Source: an uncultured Lachnospiraceae bacterium
GTDB lineage: Bacteria; Bacillota; Clostridia; Lachnospirales; Lachnospiraceae
Length of the DNA: 64,000 nucleotides
Reading direction: 5' to 3'
Assembly: GCA_937950565.1 (NCBI GenBank)
Contig: CALFCS010000190.1
Coordinates: 1,048-65,047, forward strand
The notes under the pieces are model-generated. The model was given only the letters and a program-made list of their open reading frames with translations. It did no database searches and was not told the origin of the DNA. This document shows, one piece after another, positions 52,581-63,023 of the stretch. The translations under genes and the position numbers were made by a program. Each line of letters starts with the position of its first letter. Position 1 is the stretch's first letter.

Positions 52581-55027
52581 TTTGCATATCCTACATACGC
52601 GTGTCCGCTTCCCTGCGTCATATTGTCCATTTCCTCATAAGAAACGCTGTGCCGTTCTCCGGTCTGTACATCAACATAAGTCACAAAGGCTTCACCATAG
52701 CCTACAAGAATAACTGCTCTGCTAATATCCAGCATACCGATAACCGGAATGTCCTGATTTACAATATACAGAAGCTGCTCCGCCGTACAGCCGGTAAGGT
52801 CTGTGCTCTTTCCATCTGATATCTGATTCATAATCTCTACCGGAGTTTTTCCGCTGTTTAACTCATTACAAATCCCGTCTATCTCACCATCTTTTCCTTC
52901 CATACTGTATTTTAAATCTCTGTTTCCGCGGACCCATATATAGGACTGTCTGTCCGACACAACAACTCCTCCCATTTCATCCGCCTTCTGAATCGCTTTG
53001 CCCGCACTGTCGCAAATATCCTGAAGTTCACCATGACCGTAAACATAATATTTTTCTTTTGCATTCTCGTTGTCAAATACAATTTCCTTCGAATTTTCAC
53101 GCAGCACCTGCTTCGGCTTCAATAATTTCGGATTCTTATCTGAAATTCCGTCCACATAAATCAGCCGCACCTGTGTCTCCTTAAGCTCTGTCACATATGT
53201 TTCCGCATAAATATTACTTTCATCTTTTTCTTCATTATTGGTTATATAATCCTCCGGTGCACGAGTATAAGACGCGCCTTCTTTGGTCACTCTGTTAAGC
53301 GTAATCATATCATCAGCAAATTCTGCATTCAAAATATAAAAACCATTCTGCTCATACGTTTTTACCTTTTTCCCTTTGCTATTCTGGATTTCAATCTTAT
53401 ACATCGGAATGACATCCTGCCCGGACACCGTCTTTCCCGAATCTTCATCTCTGGCTGTGCCATATACGAAATCATTCTTGATAAAACCAAGGGGATGAAT
53501 ACTTTCTCCATCTTTACACTCGATACTCCGTTCCTCCCCGGTAATAAAATCCTTTACAATAATCTGCTCATTTTCCCCGGAACCTCCGGTTGTCTGATAC
53601 GCTGCAATATGTCCATCCTTCGACACAACATACTGGCTGTCTGAAAGTCCCGACACCAGTTCCTTCATGCTTCCGGTTTTTGCCTTCACTTCATATAAGG
53701 CTCCTTCAGACAATACATACAACATATCCCTGTCTACATTATAATATACTAGTTCACCGAGTTCATGTATGGTTCTTCCATAAGACTTATCCGTAGAAAT
53801 AAATGCCTTCTCTTCTACTGTATTCTTCTCAATATTGTAATAATAAACTGCAACCCCGACTTCTCCCTCATGGGCGCCACGGTTCATATAACCATACACA
53901 GCAAACGTTGTATTGCCCTTTTTATCAACCTCAATCAGCTTCACCTCATGTTGGGAAAAAGCATTTCTTGCATCCGTATTTTCAGCGTTGGAAAAGCTGA
54001 ATACAAGAGAGATTTCATCCGCATCCTTATTATAATTCCATAATTCATTCGCCTGTACAAAAGAAACTACCGTACCATCATCATTTACCATATATGGAAT
54101 ATCCTTATCTGTAATTCCAAGCAAAATCCCCTTATTGCTTAGAACCTGCTTTGATGTATCAAAAATCTGCTCCATCGTCCTGTCATAATCCAGAAGATAA
54201 GTCTTATTTCCAGATGCTATATGACGTACGCGGAAAAACTCCTTTACTTGATAGATATCATCTTCATTTTCCTCACCCTTACAGCGCACACGGTACTCCA
54301 GCAGCACAGCCGTATACGTACTGTTCATTTCCTGAATGCTCCAGCGTTCGCCGCCTTCTACTACCGGCTCCAAGTCTCCCCATGTTACATGGTTATAATC
54401 TGAATGTATCGTCACATGCTGAAGCGTCGTATTATTGCCCTCATTACTTGGCTCAATCGCCTTTCCGATGCCGACACCTTCTGCCTTATCCAGAGCATTT
54501 TCATGAAATGCTCTGATATAATCCAGACATTCCAGTACATTTAAGCCTGAGGCATCCAGAATACGCGTATACAGATAGGCCTTCTCTTCATTCTCAAATT
54601 CCAGTACAACCTCAAGCACCCGCTCTTCACTCAAGAGGCCTTCTTCCTCAAATTTTAGTGTCACACTTTCTTCCGGCTCTCCAGTCTTTCTTTCATAAAG
54701 CTTATTTTTCCCATCCAGCGTATACACACGATATGTCATCTGCATAACCGGGTTATCATAATTCTTAAGATTCATAATCAGGCTGCCGTCGGCAACGGGA
54801 GTCACCGTATCCCGCACAGCCGGAATATCCATCTCCGCCGCATATACCGGAACATAATTAAACCCATATCCATTATAGGAAAATGATACCTGCGGTCTCG
54901 TTGCTGTCCCCATGTCCGCCGTCATGTCACTGTTCTCTTTGTTCGTAATATAGCTAAATATAATAACCGCAAGGATAAAGACCAATATCAATATCCCCAC
55001 GTGAATGAACTGTTTTTTTCCTTTCAT
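52577..55027 (-). CDS. Large N-terminally anchored extracytoplasmic protein of unknown function
   Basis: Start set at ATG 55027 (AAGGGG RBS). TM segment FIHVGILILVFILAVIIFSYI. About 815 aa with no motif I can name. Confidence 0.6.
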   Translation of the reverse strand: MKGKKQFIHVGILILVFILAVIIFSYITNKENSDMTADMGTATRPQVSFSYNGYGFNYVPVYAAEMDIPAVRDTVTPVADGSLIMNLKNYDNPVMQMTYRVYTLDGKNKLYERKTGEPEESVTLKFEEEGLLSEERVLEVVLEFENEEKAYLYTRILDASGLNVLECLDYIRAFHENALDKAEGVGIGKAIEPSNEGNNTTLQHVTIHSDYNHVTWGDLEPVVEGGERWSIQEMNSTYTAVLLEYRVRCKGEENEDDIYQVKEFFRVRHIASGNKTYLLDYDRTMEQIFDTSKQVLSNKGILLGITDKDIPYMVNDDGTVVSFVQANELWNYNKDADEISLVFSFSNAENTDARNAFSQHEVKLIEVDKKGNTTFAVYGYMNRGAHEGEVGVAVYYYNIEKNTVEEKAFISTDKSYGRTIHELGELVYYNVDRDMLYVLSEGALYEVKAKTGSMKELVSGLSDSQYVVSKDGHIAAYQTTGGSGENEQIIVKDFITGEERSIECKDGESIHPLGFIKNDFVYGTARDEDSGKTVSGQDVIPMYKIEIQNSKGKKVKTYEQNGFYILNAEFADDMITLNRVTKEGASYTRAPEDYITNNEEKDESNIYAETYVTELKETQVRLIYVDGISDKNPKLLKPKQVLRENSKEIVFDNENAKEKYYVYGHGELQDICDSAGKAIQKADEMGGVVVSDRQSYIWVRGNRDLKYSMEGKDGEIDGICNELNSGKTPVEIMNQISDGKSTDLTGCTAEQLLYIVNQDIPVIGMLDISRAVILVGYGEAFVTYVDVQTGERHSVSYEEMDNMTQGSGHAYVGYAK

Positions 55028-55037
55028 AAAGCGCCCC

Positions 55038-56177
55038 TTACACATCTAATAACTTCCCAAGTGTCGGTGACACATGGAGAAATTCTTCACACCGCTTAAT
55101 CTCCTGTACGTGATTCCCCTTTTTCCCGGTTCTGACCGCCCGGATCAAAATATTCTTCGGCGTATGCTCCATATCGATAAATTCCAGAAGCTGTACCTCG
55201 TACCCCTCACACTCCAGGTACTGTGCCCTGAGGCCGTCCGTAATCAATGCCGCCATCCGTTCCTTCAGAATCCCATATTTTAATACCGGCTTCAATATAT
55301 CATTCTCAATCTGCTGATTCAACTCATGCTGGCAGCACGGCACAGACAAAATGACTTTCGCATTCCATCCGGCCGCCTTAGCAAGCGCAAAATCTGTCGC
55401 CGTATCACAGGCATGAAGCGTAACAACCATGTCTACCTCTTCCGCGCCTGTGTAATCTGCAATATTTCCCTCCATAAACCGAAGCTTCTCATAACCATAT
55501 TTCTCACTCAGCTCATTACATTTCTGAATGACATCACTCTTCAAATCCAGCCCGATAATACGGATATCATATCCTTTCAGCTCATGAAGATAATAATACA
55601 TGGCAAATGTCAAATAAGACTTCCCACAACCAAAATCCAGAATTGTAAGCTCTCTGTCACGGGGAAGCTCCGGAAGGATGTCCTCAATAAATTCAAGGAA
55701 ACGGTTAATCTGACGAAATTTGTCAAATTTTGCATGAACCACCCTTCCTTCTTCCGTCATAACACCCAAATCCTTCAAAAATGGGACTGGAACCCCCTCC
55801 TCAAGGATATATCGTTTCTTTCTGTTATGCTCAAGCGTTCCCTGTTCTCTCACATTTCTCTGTGCTCTTCTCTTAATCGTAACCTTTCCTTTCTTACTTA
55901 CAAGCACAGTGTAAGAAAACCTCCTTGTCTCAAGCTGCATCTGTCTCATATTCTGCATCATTTCCGCCAGCTTTTCCACGGATTCCCCGGCAGACAGATT
56001 CTCATGAAATGCCTGATTATTCCGGAACACCTCTGTCTGAAATACCAGTTTCTCTTTTACCAGAACCGGACGCACCTTCACCTTTGTCATTGTCTCTTTT
56101 TCTCGTGGGTTGCTCAGTACCGCAGATATAAATTCGTTATTTAAATTTTCCTGTAATAATTTTCTTAATTCATCCAT
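55038..56177 (-). CDS. Class I SAM-dependent methyltransferase
   Basis: Motif I ILDFGCGKSYLTFAMY and an acidic loop IIGLDLK. 379 aa. Confidence 0.75.
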   Translation of the reverse strand: MDELRKLLQENLNNEFISAVLSNPREKETMTKVKVRPVLVKEKLVFQTEVFRNNQAFHENLSAGESVEKLAEMMQNMRQMQLETRRFSYTVLVSKKGKVTIKRRAQRNVREQGTLEHNRKKRYILEEGVPVPFLKDLGVMTEEGRVVHAKFDKFRQINRFLEFIEDILPELPRDRELTILDFGCGKSYLTFAMYYYLHELKGYDIRIIGLDLKSDVIQKCNELSEKYGYEKLRFMEGNIADYTGAEEVDMVVTLHACDTATDFALAKAAGWNAKVILSVPCCQHELNQQIENDILKPVLKYGILKERMAALITDGLRAQYLECEGYEVQLLEFIDMEHTPKNILIRAVRTGKKGNHVQEIKRCEEFLHVSPTLGKLLDV

Positions 56178-56233
56178 AATAGTAACATTGTAATGTTTTT
56201 TTACAGGATGTGCAAGTAGCTGTGAGACAAATA

Positions 56234-58789
56234 TCAGTTCTTCACTCTCGGAAATGTCACTGTTGCCTTAAACAAATCTCCATCCAGGTACAGTTCGAAT
56301 TTCCCTCCCTGCATCTCTGTAAGGGTTTTTGCAATTGACAGTCCAAGCCCGCTTCCTTCTGTACTTCTTGATACATCACCGCGAATAAAACGCTCCGTCA
56401 GCTCATCTGCAGATATATTCAGCGGCTGTTCGGATATATTTTTCAAACGGAAGCTTACTTCCTGCTCATTCACAATCAGATCCGCATATACCCTTGTACC
56501 TTCCATCGCGTATTTTGCGGCATTATTATAAATATTTTCAAGAACTCTCCACGTACGCCGCCCATCGACATAAATAAGTGCGTCCTCCTCTGGAAGTGTC
56601 AGAACCTCTTTCAGATTCCGCTTTCTAAATTTTTCCTCGAATTCACCGCTTGTCTGCTGAATCATTTCAACAAGATTAATATTCATATATTCCAGAGTAA
56701 TATTTCCGGAACTCACTTTTGAAGCTTCCACCACATCCTCTGTTAACGTTTTCAATCTCTGGGACTTCTGCTCCAGCACCTCAATATATCTCTGAATCTT
56801 CGGGTCTTCAAAATTCTCCTGTTTCAGAAGCTCAACATAATTAATAATAGAAGTAAGCGGCGTCTTGATATCGTGAGATACATTTGTAATCAAATCCGTC
56901 TTAAGCCGTTCGCTCTTCATACTTTTTTCTACCGCCGCATCCAGTCCTTCTCCAATGCAATTAATTTCCTGCGCGATAATTCGCTGTTCTCCCCGCAGCA
57001 GCTCAAGAGGAATCTTATATTCCAGCTCTCCCCCTGCAATCTTCTTAATTCCCTGACCAATGATTTTTCTTCCAACTGCCTTGTAAACCAGATATACAAA
57101 TGCTGCGACATCCGCCAGGAACATCAGCAATACCCACAAATAATCCCTGCCTCTGCCACCCAGCAAAAACAGCAGTTGTATAAATGCAAATGCACCGAAA
57201 AGAACAATCGTTTTCCACACACTATTTAAATTCCGGAATATCATACAAATGAATTCAAACAACCATTTCAGGACACTGTTTTTCCATACAGTCCGCGCCT
57301 TTATCCTTCTTACCAGACTTAATATTCCAATGAGGAACATCAAACAAGTAAATACCGCAAATGCAGAAAAAGCTGCAATATAAGGAATTGAATTTTCTAC
57401 ATAAGAAGCAGTTTCAACCCACTTCGTGCCGATTCTTGTCACGGAAGAAACGGCTCCCGAAGAAACCACTTTGCAAAAAACCACAAACGGCACCAGCCAT
57501 CCTAATATAACACTGCCGGCGGCAAGTTCTGTCTTCCACTTGTCAAACCAGTTCAGATGCAGTTCTTCATCCTTATTACTCCGTCCCGCAACTGCTATCA
57601 ACCACAGAACACATACCAGAAGCAGAATACCTGCCATGATGAACAGAATACCTGTCTGTCTTGCTCCGGAGCCGTATTTCTCATACAACTGATTCTCCGT
57701 ATAAAAATTATCCCGGACAGGATAACTCGTATCTACCGCCGCGATAAAAACAAAATTATCTATGTTGCATCCTGTATATTTAATCTCATCCCGCCATTCT
57801 GAAGCATTCAGTTCCATGTTGCTTTCAAAATCTGCAAGCAGCGGGGACACAACAACATATTTCCCAAGAGACTTCATTTTTTCTATATTTTTATCCAGGT
57901 CTTCATATCTTTCATATGCTTTCTTGTTCGTATAGACACACTGCTGTTCTTTATCTGCATAAAGATAGAAAAAGTTCGTATCCCCTTCCTGTATCCCCTG
58001 GTTGAGCATCTCATAATTTTCATAATAGTCCCCTATATTTTCAATCGCAAACCGAAGCATGTTATACACTTCATTCAACCTGCCATTCCACCTCATATCT
58101 GTATTTACCAGGTCGAGAATACTTCCTGCTTCCAGGGGACTGTATTCCTCATGCAGAAGTGTGCCGTCATAAATCCAACAGTCAGAATATAACATCATGC
58201 CGTCCGGAGTCTGGATTCCACGAAATCTGTCTTCTGGCATCTCATCTCCATATTCCAGGGCATATAAAATTTCTGTCGTGTATTCCCCGTCAAAAGCAAT
58301 AAACAGCAATTCTTTATTTTCTATAAGCTTCATAAATTCCGATATCCGGTAATAATAAAATGTGCCGTCCGTTTTCTTGCACACAATGATTTTCTCTTCC
58401 GGTTCTGTCTCATTATTCAACTCATATTTCCAGTCAATCAAATCACCCAGACGATAGGAAACTCCGTTTAATGCTTCCCCGCTGACTTCTGCAGTATCAT
58501 AAAATTCTTCCAAATCCACTAATTTATCCGGATTATAGTTCCCATCTGTCTCCAGAATCTGTTTCGCTCCGATACCTGCAACCGCCCGGCTGCTATATAT
58601 ACGCATCTGTTCGGCGAAATTTCCAGAATCGCAATATTCCTCCGCCGGATTTCCTTCGAATAACTCAATACGCAGCGCCGGATATGCCATGATCCACAGG
58701 AAGCTTACCGTCATTACAACAACCATAAGATGAGCCGTCAGAATCAAACCCGTTTTTGCAATATTTGATTTATACCATTTTCGCTTCAT
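56234..58789 (-). CDS. Sensor histidine kinase with a large extracytoplasmic/TM N-terminal region
   Basis: H-box SHDIKTPLTSIINYVELL. N/G boxes NIYNNAAKYA and GSGLGLSIAK. Multiple TM segments. Confidence 0.9.
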   Translation of the reverse strand: MKRKWYKSNIAKTGLILTAHLMVVVMTVSFLWIMAYPALRIELFEGNPAEEYCDSGNFAEQMRIYSSRAVAGIGAKQILETDGNYNPDKLVDLEEFYDTAEVSGEALNGVSYRLGDLIDWKYELNNETEPEEKIIVCKKTDGTFYYYRISEFMKLIENKELLFIAFDGEYTTEILYALEYGDEMPEDRFRGIQTPDGMMLYSDCWIYDGTLLHEEYSPLEAGSILDLVNTDMRWNGRLNEVYNMLRFAIENIGDYYENYEMLNQGIQEGDTNFFYLYADKEQQCVYTNKKAYERYEDLDKNIEKMKSLGKYVVVSPLLADFESNMELNASEWRDEIKYTGCNIDNFVFIAAVDTSYPVRDNFYTENQLYEKYGSGARQTGILFIMAGILLLVCVLWLIAVAGRSNKDEELHLNWFDKWKTELAAGSVILGWLVPFVVFCKVVSSGAVSSVTRIGTKWVETASYVENSIPYIAAFSAFAVFTCLMFLIGILSLVRRIKARTVWKNSVLKWLFEFICMIFRNLNSVWKTIVLFGAFAFIQLLFLLGGRGRDYLWVLLMFLADVAAFVYLVYKAVGRKIIGQGIKKIAGGELEYKIPLELLRGEQRIIAQEINCIGEGLDAAVEKSMKSERLKTDLITNVSHDIKTPLTSIINYVELLKQENFEDPKIQRYIEVLEQKSQRLKTLTEDVVEASKVSSGNITLEYMNINLVEMIQQTSGEFEEKFRKRNLKEVLTLPEEDALIYVDGRRTWRVLENIYNNAAKYAMEGTRVYADLIVNEQEVSFRLKNISEQPLNISADELTERFIRGDVSRSTEGSGLGLSIAKTLTEMQGGKFELYLDGDLFKATVTFPRVKN

Positions 58790-58803
58790 TTTATCTCCTT
58801 CTT

Positions 58804-59499
58804 CTATAATTTCTCCACTTTATACCCGACTCCCCATACAACCTTCAGATATCTTGGTTCTTTGGGATTAATCTCTATCTTCTCCCGAATATGCCTGATA
58901 TGTACCGCCACTGTATTATCCACCCCAATGGCATTCTCATTCCATATTCTTTCATATATCTGGTCAATCGAAAATACTTTCCCCTGGTTTTTCACAAGCA
59001 GGAGTAAGATATTATATTCTATTGGCGTAAGCTTCACAATCTCCCCATCCACCGTGACCTCCTTCAGATCATCATCAATGGACAAGCCTCCTACGGTATA
59101 TACCGACTGCTTTTCCTGCTGCGCCGTACTTCCAAGCTTTGTGTAACGTCTGATCTGGGATTTCACTCGTGCCACCAGCTCCAATGGATTAAACGGTTTT
59201 GTCACATAATCATCTGCTCCCACGTTTAATCCGAGTATCTTGTCCGCATCTTCTGATTTTGCAGACAAAATAATAATCGGTATATTATTCATTTCCCGTA
59301 TTTTAAGCGTAGCACGTATGCCGTCAAGCCTCGGCATCATCACATCAATAATAAGAAGGTCTACCTCCTCCTTTTCAAGCACATGCATTGCCTCTATCCC
59401 GTCATAAGCCTTTAATACTTCATATCCCTCCTGGGAAAGATAAATTTCTATTGCTTCTACGATTTCTTTATCATCATCACATACTAATATTTTTGCCAT
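58804..59499 (-). CDS. OmpR/PhoB-family response regulator
   Basis: Start at the ATG after GGAGGTGATAAT. Receiver MAKILVCDDD...DLLIIDVMMP...SAKSE...KPF. Winged-helix C-terminus LTPIEYNILLLL...YLKVVWGVGYK. Confidence 0.9.
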   Translation of the reverse strand: MAKILVCDDDKEIVEAIEIYLSQEGYEVLKAYDGIEAMHVLEKEEVDLLIIDVMMPRLDGIRATLKIREMNNIPIIILSAKSEDADKILGLNVGADDYVTKPFNPLELVARVKSQIRRYTKLGSTAQQEKQSVYTVGGLSIDDDLKEVTVDGEIVKLTPIEYNILLLLVKNQGKVFSIDQIYERIWNENAIGVDNTVAVHIRHIREKIEINPKEPRYLKVVWGVGYKVEKL

Positions 59500-59632
59500 T
59501 ATTATCACCTCCTCTATACTATACAAGAATATCAGACTTTTTTTAAGACTAATTGGGGAAATTCTTAAGAATTCATGAATCCGGGTGCAGTTTATCCCAC
59601 ACCCGGATTCCGGTCTCCAAAAAACTATTTCT

Positions 59633-60613
59633 TTAATTTATCCGAAGCGCCTGACCTGCATAAATCAAATTCGGATTCTCAATATTATTGAGCTGCTGCA
59701 GACTCTGTACTGTCGTGCCAAAACGAAGTGCAATCTCACTTAACGTATCTCCTGACCTTACCGTATAATAACGGCTTCCGGTTACATTACCGCCAATCGG
59801 AATCCGGATGTTCTCACCTGCATAAATCAAATTCGGATTCCCAATCCCATTATATAACGCAATCCTCTGATAAGAGGTTCCGTACTTCGCCGCAATCTCA
59901 CTTAACGTATCTCCCGGACGAATGGTGTAGGTAATTACATCTACCGGTTCTGTTACCGGCGGCTCTGGTGTTGTATGCTCTTCCCGCAGTTTATTTAATC
60001 CGGCCTTCGATATAACATTTGCAATATCATAAAATGCAATGTCCATATCTACATTTCCCCTGATTCCATCTATTCTGCCATTGCTGCGGTACTGCCACAT
60101 TGCAAGACCTGAAAGTCCGGCCTCAGACTGGTATCTTGCGTACCATAATGCATATTTTGAGCGAAGAGAATTATCAAAATAACGATTCAGAAAATCCAGA
60201 TTTCCATAATACATCGCAAAATACCCCAGCTCCTCTACTCGTCTGCAAAATGCATTTACCAAAGCTGTGGCCAGCTCCCGGTTAACAACTGCGCCATAGG
60301 ACTCTCCATAATGAATAGACGCGTATTCATAATCATATGCTACCGGATACTGCACCGTATAGTCGCTCAATGCCTCAATGCAATAATCCGCTTCCCTTGC
60401 CGCTCCTTCTTCTGTATATGCATAAGAAAACCAGTATACTCCAAAAGGAATGCCTACACGGTTACATTCTTCGGCATTTCTCCGGAATTGTTCATCAATA
60501 TTTCCCGCTCCATATCCTGCACGCAGCATGGCAAACTGCACTCCCGCAGCCTTTACTGCATCCCAGTTTACTTCTCCCTGGAACTGGCTTACATCGATTC
60601 CATGGATACTCAT
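59633..60613 (-). CDS. GH25 muramidase with two C-terminal LysM domains
   Basis: Start set at [17 protein letters not shown] (GH25 signature). Two LysM repeats read [17 protein letters not shown] and [17 protein letters not shown]. The upstream ORF-track extension is discarded. Confidence 0.85.
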   Translation of the reverse strand: MSIHGIDVSQFQGEVNWDAVKAAGVQFAMLRAGYGAGNIDEQFRRNAEECNRVGIPFGVYWFSYAYTEEGAAREADYCIEALSDYTVQYPVAYDYEYASIHYGESYGAVVNRELATALVNAFCRRVEELGYFAMYYGNLDFLNRYFDNSLRSKYALWYARYQSEAGLSGLAMWQYRSNGRIDGIRGNVDMDIAFYDIANVISKAGLNKLREEHTTPEPPVTEPVDVITYTIRPGDTLSEIAAKYGTSYQRIALYNGIGNPNLIYAGENIRIPIGGNVTGSRYYTVRSGDTLSEIALRFGTTVQSLQQLNNIENPNLIYAGQALRIN

Positions 60614-60827
60614 TTTATTTTCCCCTTTTTCTTTTAATATATGAAAAAATTCCGGTCTGTTAATAAGTTTTGCGCATTTTCCTTTCCCCCTATTGCCGAA
60701 TTTTGTCGAATAGCTTCTTATTGTGACTTCTAATTCGACAAGGTGCATTTTTCCAGTATAATAAGACTGCTTATTGTTTTTCAATTAAATAAGTTAAATC
60801 TCATATACAAACAGGAGGAGCACTTCT

Positions 60828-61178
60828 ATGCACGATTTAGAAATCGAATATCTTATTCGTTCCCTTGGTATTGGTGCTACCTACCGTGGTTATCGTTATT
60901 TAAGCTATGCAGTCAAACTTTGTCTCAAAGACGAGGATTACTTATTATCTGTAAGTAAACTATTATATCCTGAAATAGCAAATAAATTTTGTACAACCTG
61001 CAGCAGTGTAGAAAGGGACCTGCGCACGGTTGTTAAGGTCTGCTGGGAACGTGGAAATCGTAAGTACCTTCAGGATATCGCCCTGCATCCACTGTCATTC
61101 AAGCCTACATCCAGTGAATTTTTAGATATTTTAGTCGGCCATCTGCTGCGATGTAATATGCAGGAAATGATTCCTTAA
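60828..61178 (+). CDS. Spo0A C-terminal (DNA-binding) domain-only protein
   Basis: LGIGATYRGYRYLSYAV...LLYPEIANKFCTTCSSVERDLRTVVKVCWERGN...KPTSSEFLDIL parallels Spo0A's GVPAHIKGYLYLREAI...LYPDIAKKF.TTASRVERAIRHAIEVAW...KPTNSEFI. There is no receiver domain. Confidence 0.75.
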   Translation: MHDLEIEYLIRSLGIGATYRGYRYLSYAVKLCLKDEDYLLSVSKLLYPEIANKFCTTCSSVERDLRTVVKVCWERGNRKYLQDIALHPLSFKPTSSEFLDILVGHLLRCNMQEMIP

Positions 61179-61381
61179 CCTTTTCTCCCCGACTTCTTAA
61201 GCTCTCCTTAAGAAATTTTCTTTTTCTTTTATAGATTCAACATATTTTGGACACATTTATTTCCTATACTAGTCTTAGATAGTTGATGAACAATCACTAT
61301 CTTCCCCCTCATAAAGTAATACATCAATAAAATGATGTACACTTTACTCTCATTCCTTTAGATAACTATAAAACAACGAAG

Positions 61382-61410
61382 CCCGTTAGCCCTTGTGGTT
61401 AGCGGGTTTT
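61382..61410 (+). terminator. Candidate Rho-independent terminator
   Basis: CCCGTTAGCC-CTTGT-GGTTAGCGGG (10 bp including two G-U pairs) followed by TTTT. Confidence 0.5.
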
Positions 61411-61440
61411 CGCTGTTCTGTACTTGTTGCAAAATCCGCT

Positions 61441-61461
61441 TCGGTCAAATCTCGGTCAAAT
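61441..61461. repeat. Tandem direct repeat TCGGTCAAAT x2 (11-nt register) next to the integrase gene end; candidate arm-type recombinase binding sites
   Basis: Read directly: tcggtcaaatc tcggtcaaat, about 55 bp beyond the int stop codon. Confidence 0.35.
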
Positions 61462-61516
61462 AATTTTCTAAAGAAATGTTGCACCTTTTCTATTCTCTTT
61501 CTTATTCTTGTTCTGA

Positions 61517-62722
61517 TTATATGATTTCCTTATACAAATTCTGTAATTTATCCATTTCCGATTTTGCTTTATCATCTGTGACGTGCGTATACAAATCCAG
61601 TGTGATTGCTATGGAATAATGTCCGAGGAATCCTTGTACTACCTTTGCGTCAATCCCGGCTTCAAAACAACGCGTTGCAAAAGTATGACGAAGTGCATGT
61701 GGATAAAAATGCGGAATCGGTATAAACACTGTCTTGTTTTTCTCTGCCTGCTTTTTTCGTTCCTTATTGATAGATTTTTCTATCCAGTCTAACGTCACTT
61801 GAAAGGTGTGTTCTGTAATCGGTTTTCCGTTCTTTCCAACAAACACAAGATTTTCAAATCCCTCTAATGGTTGCCATTCACTAGCTGACAACTGCATTTC
61901 TTTCAACTGAATCCACTGACGTTTTAAAGCCTTATACACACTGTCCTGCATGGGAATCGTCCGTATACTGTTCTTTGTCTTTGGTGTCTGGTACTTGAAT
62001 ACATACTTCTTTGTTTCCTTATCTTTGATATACACCAACGTTTTATTTACAGAAATTTCCCGTTTCCGAAAATCTACATCATCCCATGTAAGCCCAAGCA
62101 GTTCTCCGCCACGCATTCCCGTTCCGAGTGCTACCTGTATGAGATTCTCGTGTATTCTCTCCTTTGCGTGTTCCAATACTTCCCGTTGTTCTTTCACAGT
62201 CAGTACCCGTATCTGTTTTGTCTTTGTTTTGGGAACTTCCACTCCTGCACATGGGTTGAATGTAAGAATCCTGTTATGCACTGCATATTTGAACATAGCA
62301 TTGAGAATATTATACACATCCCGTATAGTCTTTGTGCTGTAATCATCATCTGCCATATTCTGAAGCAGACGTTCCAAAATAATCGGATTAAAATCTGCCA
62401 CACGTTGTTTTCCTATCTGCTTCTTTATGTAACGTCTGTAAAAATCATCATAACGTACTTGTGTACTCTCCTTGATAGTCCGCTTCTTATGGGTATTCAG
62501 CCAGATATCAAACCATGTATCCAGAGTGATATTATCGCCCTTTCCTTTCAACCCATGCTTGACTTCATAGCGTAAATCTTCCATTTCTTGAACTAACTTT
62601 TTTAAGTCCGCATTATCTTTTGTATACGTTTCTCCTTTGTAATAAAACCGCCCTCTGTAAATTCCGCTTTTTCTCTGCATAATTCCCGGCGGTAATGGAT
62701 TTCCTTTTAAGTCCTTGCCCAA
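61517..62722 (-). CDS. int: Tyrosine recombinase/integrase (Tn916-Int-like)
   Basis: 401 aa with a C-terminal catalytic region: HALRHTFATRCFEAGIDAKVVQGFLGHYSIAITLDLYTHV (R..HxxR..Y). Confidence 0.9.
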   Translation of the reverse strand: MGKDLKGNPLPPGIMQRKSGIYRGRFYYKGETYTKDNADLKKLVQEMEDLRYEVKHGLKGKGDNITLDTWFDIWLNTHKKRTIKESTQVRYDDFYRRYIKKQIGKQRVADFNPIILERLLQNMADDDYSTKTIRDVYNILNAMFKYAVHNRILTFNPCAGVEVPKTKTKQIRVLTVKEQREVLEHAKERIHENLIQVALGTGMRGGELLGLTWDDVDFRKREISVNKTLVYIKDKETKKYVFKYQTPKTKNSIRTIPMQDSVYKALKRQWIQLKEMQLSASEWQPLEGFENLVFVGKNGKPITEHTFQVTLDWIEKSINKERKKQAEKNKTVFIPIPHFYPHALRHTFATRCFEAGIDAKVVQGFLGHYSIAITLDLYTHVTDDKAKSEMDKLQNLYKEII

Positions 62723-62789
62723 TCTGCACGCTCCTTTCCGTGCAAGGACTATCAGAACTGGTCTGACAGTATTATATGCTTATTTGTGT

Positions 62790-63023
62790 TTATACTGCAA
62801 TTACTTCATATTTATTTTTCAGATTATGCCCTTCGTTTTTCTTCAAAAACTGGTCTAAAACCTCAGAGAGTATAAGAATCTTATTTCCAATCCTTATGAC
62901 CGGAATCTTCTGCCATGTAATCAGCTTTCGCAGATTATTTCTTCCAATTCCCGTATACTCTGACGCTTCATTCACTGTAAGGGCTTTCTTTGTCTGTATC
63001 GTTTTCTGTGTATGTTCTGTCAA
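62790..63023 (-). CDS. xis: Excisionase-family DNA-binding protein
   Basis: 77 aa. LTVNEASEYTGIGRNNLRKLITWQKIPVIRIGNKILI is the excisionase/MerR-like HTH pattern. It lies immediately upstream of int. Confidence 0.75.
   Translation of the reverse strand: MTEHTQKTIQTKKALTVNEASEYTGIGRNNLRKLITWQKIPVIRIGNKILILSEVLDQFLKKNEGHNLKNKYEVIAV

Noticed and set aside
59578-59609. A perfect 10-bp hairpin AATCCGGGTG...CACCCGGATT downstream of the muramidase gene.
   Set aside because: There is no T-rich tract on either strand after the stem. It could be a weak or atypical terminator, but the evidence is insufficient to call it.
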